DNA from: Patescibacteria group bacterium
Lineage (GTDB): Bacteria; Patescibacteriota; Patescibacteriia; Patescibacteriales; GWC2-42-12
DNA length: 54,790 bases
Reading direction: 5' to 3'
Assembly (NCBI GenBank): GCA_028703305.1
Contig: JAQVNC010000001.1
Coordinates: 1 to 54,790 of the forward strand
Under the pieces are notes generated by a model. The model saw only the letters and a program-made list of their open reading frames with translations, ran no database searches and had not been told where the DNA came from. Shown here one piece after another: positions 9,127 through 17,295 of this stretch (the stretch's first letter is position 1; the number at the start of each line of letters is the position of its first letter). The position numbers were made by a program, and so were the translations under genes.

Positions 9127-9128
9127 TT

Positions 9129-9317
9129 TTAAAAAATAAACAATTTATCAATAGTTGTTTTTAAGGCTAAGGCTACTTCATGGGCGAGTTTAAGCGACGG
9201 ATTATATTTTCCCTGTTCAAGAAAAACAATCGTCTCGCGCCTAACTCCCGCCCTAGCGGCCAGTTCTTCCTGGGTAATATTTAATTTTGTCCGCAATTCT
9301 TTAATTTTATTTTCCAT
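9129..9317 (-). CDS. XRE/Cro-type HTH transcriptional regulator
   Basis: 62 aa; [29 protein letters not shown] helix-turn-helix. Confidence 0.85.
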   Translation of the reverse strand: MENKIKELRTKLNITQEELAARAGVRRETIVFLEQGKYNPSLKLAHEVALALKTTIDKLFIF

Positions 9318-9322
9318 AATTT

Positions 9323-9730
9323 TTATCGTTTAACTTTATTGTAACACTGGAAAATCATCGAGTATAGCAGCATTAAAAGACAAGTAGAATAAGCCAGCGT
9401 TAAAGCTATTGGTTCATAGGCCGGATTTAAATCACGCTTGGCATATAAAATAAACATAATAATAACCGCGATCCAGGAATAAATTTGCATGGCTAAAAGC
9501 GCCGACCGGCCGCCGGTTAGATAATCTCTTTCATCGGCGATAATTTCTTTAACCCGGCTTCTTAAATAAAACAAAATTAAAATAGAAGCGATTAAAGCGG
9601 CGATCGGAATCAGGTAATTTTTTAAAACAATCGCTTGGCTAAAAGTAGCCGCCAAAGCGATCACCACGGCCAATCTAATAATTTTAAATTGTTTTAAAGT
9701 CATAGTTTTATTGTTAGAATTAATTAACAT
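9323..9730 (-). CDS. DUF2178-like four-TM membrane protein
   Basis: 135 aa with about 4 TM helices, directly upstream of the small HTH gene (a recurrent pair); alternative start at M10. Confidence 0.55.
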   Translation of the reverse strand: MLINSNNKTMTLKQFKIIRLAVVIALAATFSQAIVLKNYLIPIAALIASILILFYLRSRVKEIIADERDYLTGGRSALLAMQIYSWIAVIIMFILYAKRDLNPAYEPIALTLAYSTCLLMLLYSMIFQCYNKVKR

Positions 9731-9784
9731 ATTATTATGTTATATTATTCTAACATTTTTGTCAAGAACCACCGCTCTTAATAC

Positions 9785-9814
9785 AAAAAATCACCTATTT
9801 TAAGGTGATTTTTT
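9785..9814. terminator. bidirectional intrinsic terminator
   Basis: AAAAAATCACC-TATTTTAA-GGTGATTTTTT. Confidence 0.7.
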
Positions 9815-9834
9815 GTATTATTTATCAGCTGCCT

Positions 9835-10338
9835 TTAATCGCAAAAATTTACGAGCATATCGGCCGGAAAGTTGTAATTGGCTTTAATCTTCCGGCAATC
9901 AACACTACCATTGCCGTCATAAACCAACTCCCATTTGCCATTTATTTTAGCGGCCAAAAACATGCCGCCAGCTCCGCCCTTAGGCGCGAATGAAACTCCG
10001 CCCTTGGCATACTCGGTATTTTCTTTATCAATTCTGATAAACACTTGGCTAATCGGCTTTTTATATTTTAAAGCTATGGCTGATTTTATGCTTTCGGCCG
10101 ATAAACAATCTTCTTCAAAAACACGGATGCATTTTTGCTTGGCGGCGCACCATGAATAACCGGCTGAACCGATGCAGCCATGCTCGTCTCGGTCGTTGCC
10201 GACCAGTGGCTGCGCGCTATTCTCCGCCGGCTGAACCGGAATAATAGGCGCGGTTTCGTTAGCCTGCCTGGTTGTTTGCGTGCAACCTAAAATTAACAAT
10301 AACGGTAAAATTACGGTTAAAATCAATAATCTTTTCAT
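9835..10338 (-). CDS. lipoprotein of unknown function
   Basis: 167 aa; signal peptide with lipobox LILGC; Cys-containing mature domain. Confidence 0.6.
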   Translation of the reverse strand: MKRLLILTVILPLLLILGCTQTTRQANETAPIIPVQPAENSAQPLVGNDRDEHGCIGSAGYSWCAAKQKCIRVFEEDCLSAESIKSAIALKYKKPISQVFIRIDKENTEYAKGGVSFAPKGGAGGMFLAAKINGKWELVYDGNGSVDCRKIKANYNFPADMLVNFCD

Positions 10339-10377
10339 AAAATAATTATAGCATAATTGTAAGCTGAATATCTGTTT

Positions 10378-11886
10378 TTAATTATTTTTTAAATAAATAT
10401 AATTCATTAAATTGCGCTCATACCATTTTTTGTCCGCTATTATTTTTTCCTTTTTGTTAATCCAGGCGGACCAATCAGACTCTCCGGCGCCCGAGCCGGG
10501 ATAATAGACTTTATCTTTAAGCAAGCCTTCGGCTTTGTATCTTTTTATGAGCTGGAGCACGTCCGGAGACAGCATCGTTAATTCATGTAATTTTATCCGC
10601 GATCCATTCAACTCGGAAAGTTTTACGTTAGCGCGCAGTATAAACTGTTCAACTGGAAAAATTGCGATTAAACCATACATGCAGACAAATAATATAATCA
10701 CAAATTTAAATATATTTGATCGGTTTTTAACAAATAATCTTGAAATTAGCCAGATAAATAAAATGACGCAATAAATAACCGTGTATGAAGCAAATAATTT
10801 TTCATAGCTGAAGCCATAATAAGTTACATAAAGCTGCATTCTGTGGGCGGCCGAAATGAGCAATAAAAGAGAAGCGAACGTGAAGACCGTCAAAATTCTT
10901 TGCACAATTAAAATAGTTTTTCTGTAAGTAAAAAAATAAATTATTATATTTATTATTGATAAACAGAACAATTGCCAAAAGCCGCTTTTTACAAATTGTT
11001 CCGTGTCCTTGAATTCAAAAGGCAACGAACCGACCCAGAGGCGCCCGACTTGCACCCAAAGAAAAAGCAAATAAATAATTAGGATGCCGCCTAAAACAAT
11101 GCCCGAAATAATGGGGTCAATTTTGTAATTATTTTCCTCTTTCTCCCGGTAATCAAATTTTTTATTCCAAGCAAAAAGCATTGAAAACATTAAAACCGAT
11201 AAAATTATTGAGGCAATAATTTTGTAGATAAATATAAGCGAAACATGCGCATTGATCCAGCTGTAAATAAACTCCGTTTTACCGGAAAACACTTTATCGG
11301 CCGATGATAAGAGAGGGATTATAACGGTTAGAGAAATGATTAAAAATAAAAGAATGCCGGCGGCGACTTTCGCGATTATTCTTTTTTTGTTTTTACCAGC
11401 GGGGATAATTAATTCTATATATAAAATTGCCGCTAAGCCGATTTTGCTTAAAAAAGAAAAAAACCTTTTTATCATTTTAAATAAAAAATAAAAATCCCAA
11501 TGCCTAGCCTCTTTATTTTCTAAGCTTAGATAGTTGTAAAAAAACGCAAAAATTACCGGCAAAATTAATAGGCTGATAATTTTCAGAAACGGATTGTCGT
11601 AGATTAAAAAACTTAAAATTATTGAAAAAATCGGGGCTAGCCAGATTAAATCATTTATGCTGAATTTTACTTTTTTATAAATAACCCCAAAAAATAAGCC
11701 GCCAAAAAGAGACAGAAAAATAAAATAATTAATTCCCAGGGCGTAAATTCCCTTCTGCCAAAACCCCCAAATAAAAATAACCCAAAAAATGGCCAGGCCG
11801 GCGCATAAAAGCAATCGTTTGGCCGATGGCTTGGCCGGACTGATTTCTTCACTATTATTTTTTAAATTTTCGTTAAAATTATTCAT
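10378..11886 (-). CDS. large polytopic membrane protein (DUF4153/DUF4173-like)
   Basis: 502 aa with more than 10 predicted TM helices; family name uncertain. Confidence 0.5.
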   Translation of the reverse strand: MNNFNENLKNNSEEISPAKPSAKRLLLCAGLAIFWVIFIWGFWQKGIYALGINYFIFLSLFGGLFFGVIYKKVKFSINDLIWLAPIFSIILSFLIYDNPFLKIISLLILPVIFAFFYNYLSLENKEARHWDFYFLFKMIKRFFSFLSKIGLAAILYIELIIPAGKNKKRIIAKVAAGILLFLIISLTVIIPLLSSADKVFSGKTEFIYSWINAHVSLIFIYKIIASIILSVLMFSMLFAWNKKFDYREKEENNYKIDPIISGIVLGGILIIYLLFLWVQVGRLWVGSLPFEFKDTEQFVKSGFWQLFCLSIINIIIYFFTYRKTILIVQRILTVFTFASLLLLISAAHRMQLYVTYYGFSYEKLFASYTVIYCVILFIWLISRLFVKNRSNIFKFVIILFVCMYGLIAIFPVEQFILRANVKLSELNGSRIKLHELTMLSPDVLQLIKRYKAEGLLKDKVYYPGSGAGESDWSAWINKKEKIIADKKWYERNLMNYIYLKNN

Positions 11887-11977
11887 ATTTTTAAAATATT
11901 ATTTAATTAAATAATAGCAAAATAATTGGAATAAATCAATAAAAAATAACCTTGGTGAAAGGTTATTTTTATAGATG

Positions 11978-12049
11978 GGTGGCTACAGGGAATTGAACCC
12001 TGGTATCTAGGACCACAACCTAGTGTTCTACCATTGAACTATAGCCACC
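11978..12049 (-). tRNA. tRNA-His (GTG)
   Basis: Cloverleaf; anticodon loop TTGTGGT; extra 5' G(-1) opposite C73; T-arm CAGGGTTCAATTCCCTG. Confidence 0.9.
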
Positions 12050-12122
12050 ATATTTTTCATTGTTAAACAAAAGTTGCCTTGCGGCAACTTTCATAATATA
12101 ACAGAATTTGCCAAAAAGTCAA

Positions 12123-12644
12123 TTAAATTAGCTGTTTAACGGCTATTTTGCGCGTTTGCCAGAGTAAAACCGCTTCATACGCGCCAACTAACACGCCGGT
12201 ATAGAATAAATCGCCGAGCAAGCTGTTTCTGAAAAATGGAATGGCCATATAATAGCTTTGCATTAAGCCGGCTATAGTATGAGGATAAAGCGAGCCAAAC
12301 GCCCAAACCGCGGCGTTGGTAATTAGATAAAACATCATACTGCCCAAAATCGTTCCGCCTAAAACCGTACTTAATTTTTTATTTTTTCTGACCATTAAAC
12401 CAATTAAACCCATGATAATAAAACCGGCGTAGACCGACAGCATAATCGGCCAAGTGTAAAAACCGATAAACAAGTCGCTAAAAAACATAGCGGCTAAAGG
12501 CAAAACAACCGCCCATTTTTTCGGAAGATACAAGCCGGAAAAAATCGCGATGGCGCCGATGGGCGCGAAATTGGCCGGGTGCGGCAAAAATCTGGCCGCG
12601 ATGCCTAAGGTGATTAAAATAAAGACTGGCAGATACTTTTTCAT
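12123..12644 (-). CDS. DUF6580-like putative vitamin transporter (ECF S-component-like), last gene of the riboswitch operon
   Basis: 173 aa with 5-6 TM helices; N-terminus MKKYLPVFILITLGIAARFLPHPANFAPIGA typical of this family (from memory). Confidence 0.6.
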   Translation of the reverse strand: MKKYLPVFILITLGIAARFLPHPANFAPIGAIAIFSGLYLPKKWAVVLPLAAMFFSDLFIGFYTWPIMLSVYAGFIIMGLIGLMVRKNKKLSTVLGGTILGSMMFYLITNAAVWAFGSLYPHTIAGLMQSYYMAIPFFRNSLLGDLFYTGVLVGAYEAVLLWQTRKIAVKQLI

Positions 12645-12672
12645 AAAATTATATTTATAATTTAATTATAGC

Positions 12673-14733
12673 CTAAAAATCAAGTAAATTCAAAATATAT
12701 CTAAAGCCTCTATAAATTAAGTGTCCGGCCAAGGCTAATATATTCTCTTTGGGCGCGGACGGACTGGCCGACGGCGCTTGAACAACATTATTAACAGCCG
12801 AGACATTCTCCGGCCGTGCTATTTCTTGGTTTTGTTTTTTTGCTATTTTTTTACTCCCCGCATTTTTCGGCTCTAACAAAATTATTTTCTCGGCTAAAAC
12901 TTTTGGCTCTAACGGCTTAATCGGTTCAGAAAAAACATCAGCGGCTTTTTCCACTTCCGGCTCAACTTTTTCTTCGGCTTTAACTTGGAGCATATCTTCA
13001 GTACTGCTGGCCGTTAGTAAAATCTCCAGCGTTGAAGTGGCAATATCTGATATTTCCAAAGTTGAAGTGGCAATATTGCTATCGCTTATATCGGCCCGGC
13101 CAAAAGAATCAAAAACAGCTGTTTTTTCCTGTTTGGAAAAACTTTGCATAATATTAAACCATGGCTTATTCTGTGCCGCCGGAATGGCATAAGCGGTTGA
13201 CCAAATGCGGTTAGCTTCATAGGCATTGTCTTTTTCCAAGCCGCCGTCAACTCCCTGGCTTAACGCCAAATAACTTTCCGGCGTATTATTATTTTTTAGC
13301 CAGCTACCCGCGTTTTCGCCCAAAGCCGCGATTGCCTGCATAACCCAAGCGGTGGCATAAGTATTGCCATAGCCGCCATCAATGCCTTGCGCGTTAAACA
13401 AAAAATTTCTGGCTTTTAGCAAAGCCGCGGCAACGCCATCAAGCGATGGCAATGGCTCTAGCGCCTGAATTGCCGCGGCTGTTAAATCGGCGCCGCCGAA
13501 TGAACCATCGGCTTGCTGTTTTGTAATCATAAACTCAACGGTTTTTTTTATCATTTCATCATCAGCGCCATAACCGGCTTTATTTAAAACCAAGAGCGCG
13601 AAAATGTCATCATTATATAAAGAAGCGTCGCCAAATTGTCGGCCATCATATAAATCAGTAATTTTTTTTATGTAATTTGTCTTAACGCCGTCATAAGGGC
13701 TGATATTTAATGACATTAAGGCTATGGCGCGGCGCGCGTAATCAGATACTAAATTCATACCCGCAACCGCGTCCGGGTCGGTTAATAAATAATTTCTGGC
13801 TTTTTGGCCGGCAGAACCGTTCGGATTGGCCGAAGCTAAAGCTATGGTTGACCAATCGGTTTGCAAAGCCGATCCGAAAGAGCCGTCCGCGGCTTGCTTG
13901 GCAATTAAAAAATCTATGGCTTTGCCTAAATCAATTTTTGGCTTTAATAAAGGGGCGGCCATGGCGCTACCACCCCCGCCTCCGCCGGACGCGGCCGGCA
14001 AAATTACGCTGTTATTATTGCTTGGTTGATTATCGTCATTGCCATCGTCATTAACCGGAACTTCCTGTGCTGTGATAGTAACGCCGTCGCTATCAATATA
14101 ACCTGTCTTTTTGCCATAAATTAAAACCGGCACCGTGGCGGTAGCAATATACTCATAAACTCCGCTGGTATTTTCCGCGTCTAAACCGCCTATAACTAAA
14201 GTGCTGGAAGCCGCCAGGGACCAAACCGGATTCCAGCTCGCGTCCAAACCAAATTGTTCTAAAGTAATAGTAGAAGTGGCATTAACATAAGGCGCGGCAT
14301 TATCCGTGGAAATTTTTAATGGATTAATATTGTAGGTTAATAATATTTTTTCGCCATCGGAAAGCGTGTGCTTATTTAAAGCCGCCGACCCATAGTCAAG
14401 ATTGCTAAACCACGCCCAATAAACTCCGTTGCCCGCGTCATTATTTATATAACTGCCGATGGAATTTAAAAATACATCATCGCCCCACCAGCTCCAATCG
14501 CTTGCCAGCCCTGATTGCTCAACCGCGCATTTAGCATTAACCGAAGTGGTACTGGCGCTTTGGCTATCAACGCAAGCGGTGACGGCAATATCGGCGTCAT
14601 ATAAAACAGCGTCATGAGTTTTAACTTGCAGCCTAATCGTCGTAGTGGCCGTGTCGGCTTTAGCCTGGCCGGCCATTAGAAAAAAGCCAATTGAAATTAT
14701 TATAAAACTTAGCTTAAAAAGATTTTTTTTCAT
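12673..14733 (-). CDS. secreted DUF4430-like beta domain plus prenyltransferase/squalene-oxidase-repeat (alpha/alpha toroid) protein
   Basis: 686 aa; signal peptide; N-terminal domain ending DGEKILLTYNI; poly-Gly linker; repeated QxADGSFG / GIDGGYG motifs; hydrophobic C-terminus. Confidence 0.7.
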   Translation of the reverse strand: MKKNLFKLSFIIISIGFFLMAGQAKADTATTTIRLQVKTHDAVLYDADIAVTACVDSQSASTTSVNAKCAVEQSGLASDWSWWGDDVFLNSIGSYINNDAGNGVYWAWFSNLDYGSAALNKHTLSDGEKILLTYNINPLKISTDNAAPYVNATSTITLEQFGLDASWNPVWSLAASSTLVIGGLDAENTSGVYEYIATATVPVLIYGKKTGYIDSDGVTITAQEVPVNDDGNDDNQPSNNNSVILPAASGGGGGGSAMAAPLLKPKIDLGKAIDFLIAKQAADGSFGSALQTDWSTIALASANPNGSAGQKARNYLLTDPDAVAGMNLVSDYARRAIALMSLNISPYDGVKTNYIKKITDLYDGRQFGDASLYNDDIFALLVLNKAGYGADDEMIKKTVEFMITKQQADGSFGGADLTAAAIQALEPLPSLDGVAAALLKARNFLFNAQGIDGGYGNTYATAWVMQAIAALGENAGSWLKNNNTPESYLALSQGVDGGLEKDNAYEANRIWSTAYAIPAAQNKPWFNIMQSFSKQEKTAVFDSFGRADISDSNIATSTLEISDIATSTLEILLTASSTEDMLQVKAEEKVEPEVEKAADVFSEPIKPLEPKVLAEKIILLEPKNAGSKKIAKKQNQEIARPENVSAVNNVVQAPSASPSAPKENILALAGHLIYRGFRYILNLLDF
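13023..13082 (-). repeat. 2 x 30-nt in-frame tandem repeat
   Basis: GTTGAAGTGGCAATAT at 13031-13046 and 13061-13076; encodes SNIATSTLEI / SDIATSTLEI. Confidence 0.8.
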
Positions 14734-15232
14734 ATTTCCATTCTATAACGTCGCCATTTTTTAATTTATAATTTGATATTCCGACCGGCGACAACTGGCC
14801 ATTAACATAATACAACCAATTTTCTCCGGCCGGATTATTTTTTAAGCCATTAATTTCTTCCACAAAAAAGCCCAGCCCGGAATAATTTTTACCCGCAAAA
14901 TTAATTTTGTTCTCTTGTTTTAAAACTTCCATCAGCTCGTAAGCCGAACCGCCAGCTTTAATTTTAGTTTCATATTTAGTGCCGCTGATTATCATGACGG
15001 CTTTAATTTTTTCTTCAACAGGCGTTTCAGCTTTTTCACCCCCTTTATTAAAGGGAGCCGGGGGGATTTTATTTTTTTCAGGCGCGATAGCATTGGCTTC
15101 AACTGGTTCACTTTGTTTTTCAGCCACAACCGGCCGCTCGTTTTTTTCTTGAGTTAAAAAAACCGCCAAACCGCTGGCCAGGGCTATTAGCAAAAATAAA
15201 ATAAAAATAATAATTAAATTTTTTGTTTTCAT
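14714..15232 (-). CDS. membrane-anchored DUF4430 (transcobalamin-like beta domain) protein
   Basis: Start reset to ATG 15232 (MKTKNLIIIF...); C-terminal WLYYVNGQLSPVGISNYKLKNGDVIEWKY; 20-nt overlap with the next gene. Confidence 0.7.
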   Translation of the reverse strand: MKTKNLIIIFILFLLIALASGLAVFLTQEKNERPVVAEKQSEPVEANAIAPEKNKIPPAPFNKGGEKAETPVEEKIKAVMIISGTKYETKIKAGGSAYELMEVLKQENKINFAGKNYSGLGFFVEEINGLKNNPAGENWLYYVNGQLSPVGISNYKLKNGDVIEWKYEKKSF

Positions 15233-15235
15233 AAC

Positions 15236-15259
15236 AAAAAACCTGCTTCTCAAAGCAGG
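15236..15259 (-). terminator. riboswitch expression-platform terminator
   Basis: Minus strand CCUGCUU-UGAG-AAGCAGG plus U6, ending 3 nt before the AUG. Confidence 0.7.
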
Positions 15260-15305
15260 AAATATAAAAAATATTCTTTCTCTGCTCGGAGAAATATCTA
15301 AAATA

Positions 15306-15382
15306 ATCAGCATTCTGGCTTGTCCCCTAGGGGCATTACAGCTGCGGCACAGCGCCTCGAATCGCACGAGGACTTTCCTGAT
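15306..15382 (-). promoter_or_regulatory. cobalamin riboswitch aptamer (short, AdoCbl-variant/Cbl-II-like)
   Basis: P1 AUCAG/CUGAU; CCUCG-UGCGAUU-CGAGG; GCUGUGCCGCAGCUGUAA core; AAGCCAGAAUGC B12-box-like; parallels the btuB leader core. Confidence 0.8.
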
Positions 15383-15466
15383 ATATAAATTATTTACTCT
15401 GTTAAATTGAACTATTATTTAGCAAAGTAATTTTACTATAACAAATTTTGAAAATTAATCAACCTG

Positions 15467-15538
15467 TGCTCCCGGGGGGAATCGAACCCTCATCGCGGCC
15501 TTAGAAGGGCCTTGTTCTATCCATTGAACTACGGGAGC
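15467..15538 (-). tRNA. tRNA-Arg (TCT)
   Basis: Acceptor GCTCCCG/CGGGAGC; anticodon loop CTTCTAA; T-arm GAGGGTTCGATTCCCC. Confidence 0.85.
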
Positions 15539-15613
15539 TTAAAATAAAAATTGCCAACTTTGGGCAATAACCCAATCTTAACGGCAAAAACGCAAATTGT
15601 CAAAGTAAGCCCC

Positions 15614-15695
15614 CGTAACTCACAGCTCAAAACTCGTAGCTCAAAATTCAATGACCAGAGTTGTGAGTTGTGAGTTACGAGCTATGAGCTACGAG
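15614..15695. repeat. heptamer-periodic word arrays in inverted orientation
   Basis: Right array TGTGAGT TGTGAGT TACGAGC TATGAGC TACGAG; 11-mers CGTAACTCACA (15614) and CTCGTAGCTCA (15633) recur as reverse complements at 15669 and 15685 in interleaved order. Confidence 0.8.
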
Positions 15696-16614
15696 ATCTC
15701 TTCCTACCATGAAACGCCTTATGCACGTCGCGCAACTGTTGATCGGTTATATGGGTATAGACTTGCGTAGTGGTAATTGAAGCATGGCCGAGCATGGCTT
15801 GCACGCTTCTGATGTCCGCGCCATTCATAAGTAGATCGGTAGCATAACTATGGCGCATGGTGTGCGGGGTGACTTCTTTGGTAATGCCGGCCACTTTAGC
15901 GTATTTTTGTACTAAGCGCTGAACGCTCCTAGGCGTTAAGCCGGTCTGCTCATCGCGCCCGCTCGCCGCTTTATCATGGCTAATAAATAAATACGGATTT
16001 ACATCATTTCGCGATTTTAAATATTCTCCAATCGCTTGCTTGGCGTCATCGGACAAAAAAACTACGCGCAATTTAGAGCCTTTGCCCCGAACCGTGAATT
16101 CATCTTTTTTCAAATTTATATTTTCTATTTTTAATTTGCAGAGCTCGGACACCCTCAAACCGGTAGAGAAAAACAATTCTAAAATCGCCTTGTCCCGTTT
16201 TTTAATAATCTCCGGCAGTTCAACTTTAAACGGCGCCTCTAAAATCCGCGATAAATCCGCTCCCTCTAAAAAATCAACTTGCCTCTGCTCCTGCTTGGCC
16301 AGTTCCACTTTTTCCGGCTCCAGCGATTTAATATCATTTTTAACCAAATATTTTAAAAATCCTCGTAAAGCGATTAAATGATAATTTTGCGTATTCTTCT
16401 TTAAACCATCACCCTGCGCGCTGTTTAATCTATTTAGCCATAACCTATATTTATGCACTAATTCTTTGCTAATTTTAGCAGTATTAACCACACCAGCCTC
16501 TTTGGCAAATTCGGCAAAACGATGCAAATAAAAACTATAGTTTTTCACCGTAGTTAGCGATAAACCCTTCTCTACTTCTAAATACTCTAAAAAATTATTT
16601 ATTGCCTTGTCCAT
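15682..16614 (-). CDS. tyrosine site-specific recombinase, XerC/XerD-like
   Basis: 310 aa; N-terminal core-binding domain; C-terminal HTMRHSYATDLL ... LGHASITTTQVYTH catalytic motifs. Confidence 0.85.
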   Translation of the reverse strand: MDKAINNFLEYLEVEKGLSLTTVKNYSFYLHRFAEFAKEAGVVNTAKISKELVHKYRLWLNRLNSAQGDGLKKNTQNYHLIALRGFLKYLVKNDIKSLEPEKVELAKQEQRQVDFLEGADLSRILEAPFKVELPEIIKKRDKAILELFFSTGLRVSELCKLKIENINLKKDEFTVRGKGSKLRVVFLSDDAKQAIGEYLKSRNDVNPYLFISHDKAASGRDEQTGLTPRSVQRLVQKYAKVAGITKEVTPHTMRHSYATDLLMNGADIRSVQAMLGHASITTTQVYTHITDQQLRDVHKAFHGRKRSRSS

Positions 16615-16746
16615 ATATTACCATTTTACGACACCTTGCAATTTTTTACAATTTATGTTAGTCTTAGCACATAATTTATTATAAATAATCGTACCTAGTC
16701 TTGGTTAGGGATTTGTCTCCCTTACTCGGTCTGGGCCAAAGCAATT

Positions 16747-17160
16747 ATGTTAGACAAAAAAGCCAAGCAAAAAATCATCAACAAGTTTAAGGTCCATGAA
16801 ACCGATACCGGATCTTCACAAGTGCAAATCGCCATTTTAACCGAAGAAATCAAGCAATTGACCGAACACTTAAAAAAACATAAGCATGACCATTCTTCAA
16901 GGCGCGGTTTATTAAAAAAGGTCTCGGAACGCCGCCGCCTTTTAAAATATCTTCAGAAAGAAGACCAAAAAGCTTTTGACAAACTGGCCAAAGCTTTAAA
17001 ATTACGCATTGCCAAAAAAATGATTGAAGACGAAGAAGCCAGGCAAAAAATTGAGGATGAAATTTTAGCCAAGCAGGAATTAAAAGCCGAGCAGGCCGAA
17101 GAAGCGGAAAATGAACGGCAAGAAGAAGAAAATCGCAAAAATAAAGAAGACGAAAGATAA
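16747..17160 (+). CDS. rpsO: 30S ribosomal protein S15 with E/K-rich C-terminal extension
   Basis: S15 core (HSSRRGLLKKVSERRRLLKYL) followed by an acidic/basic tail of about 46 aa. Confidence 0.9.
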   Translation: MLDKKAKQKIINKFKVHETDTGSSQVQIAILTEEIKQLTEHLKKHKHDHSSRRGLLKKVSERRRLLKYLQKEDQKAFDKLAKALKLRIAKKMIEDEEARQKIEDEILAKQELKAEQAEEAENERQEEENRKNKEDER

Positions 17161-17164
17161 AATT

Positions 17165-17290
17165 ATCATTAAATAAAATTTTATGGCCGTAGGGCTTTGC
17201 CCGCTATTAAATTTTATTTAATACATTATATTTTTTGAAAATATTTATCATCCCCTTGTGGGAAAAAACTTTTTCTAAAAAAGTTGTTAA
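17165..17290 (+). repeat. dispersed intergenic hairpin element, copy 2
   Basis: 17183-17215 ATGGCCGTAGGGCTTTGCCCGCTATTAAATTTT is identical to the reverse complement of 3102-3134; downstream TTATATTTTTTG block also shared. Confidence 0.8.
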
Positions 17291-17295
17291 AGTTT

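Noticed and set aside
13710-14054. Plus-strand ORFs (114 and 67 aa) inside the 686-aa gene
   Set aside because: They are antisense to a long, motif-rich gene. Their Arg/Pro/Trp-rich products are typical of reverse-frame translation of GC-rich codons.
14714-15367. Full 217-aa version of the DUF4430 ORF, starting at a GTG at 15367
   Set aside because: The first 45 codons cover the cobalamin riboswitch and its terminator. The ATG at 15232 begins a proper signal/anchor sequence.
15682-16614. Tyrosine recombinase as a prophage or ICE integrase marking a mobile element
   Set aside because: The domain layout and motifs look like chromosomal XerC/XerD. There are no adjacent phage or conjugation genes and no att repeats were seen. 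It is retained only as a low-interest context note.
16615-16746. Structured rpsO leader as an S15 autoregulatory element
   Set aside because: Small hairpins are present (AGGGA-TTTGTC-TCCCT), but I could not match them to a known S15-binding fold. The evidence is too weak to call.
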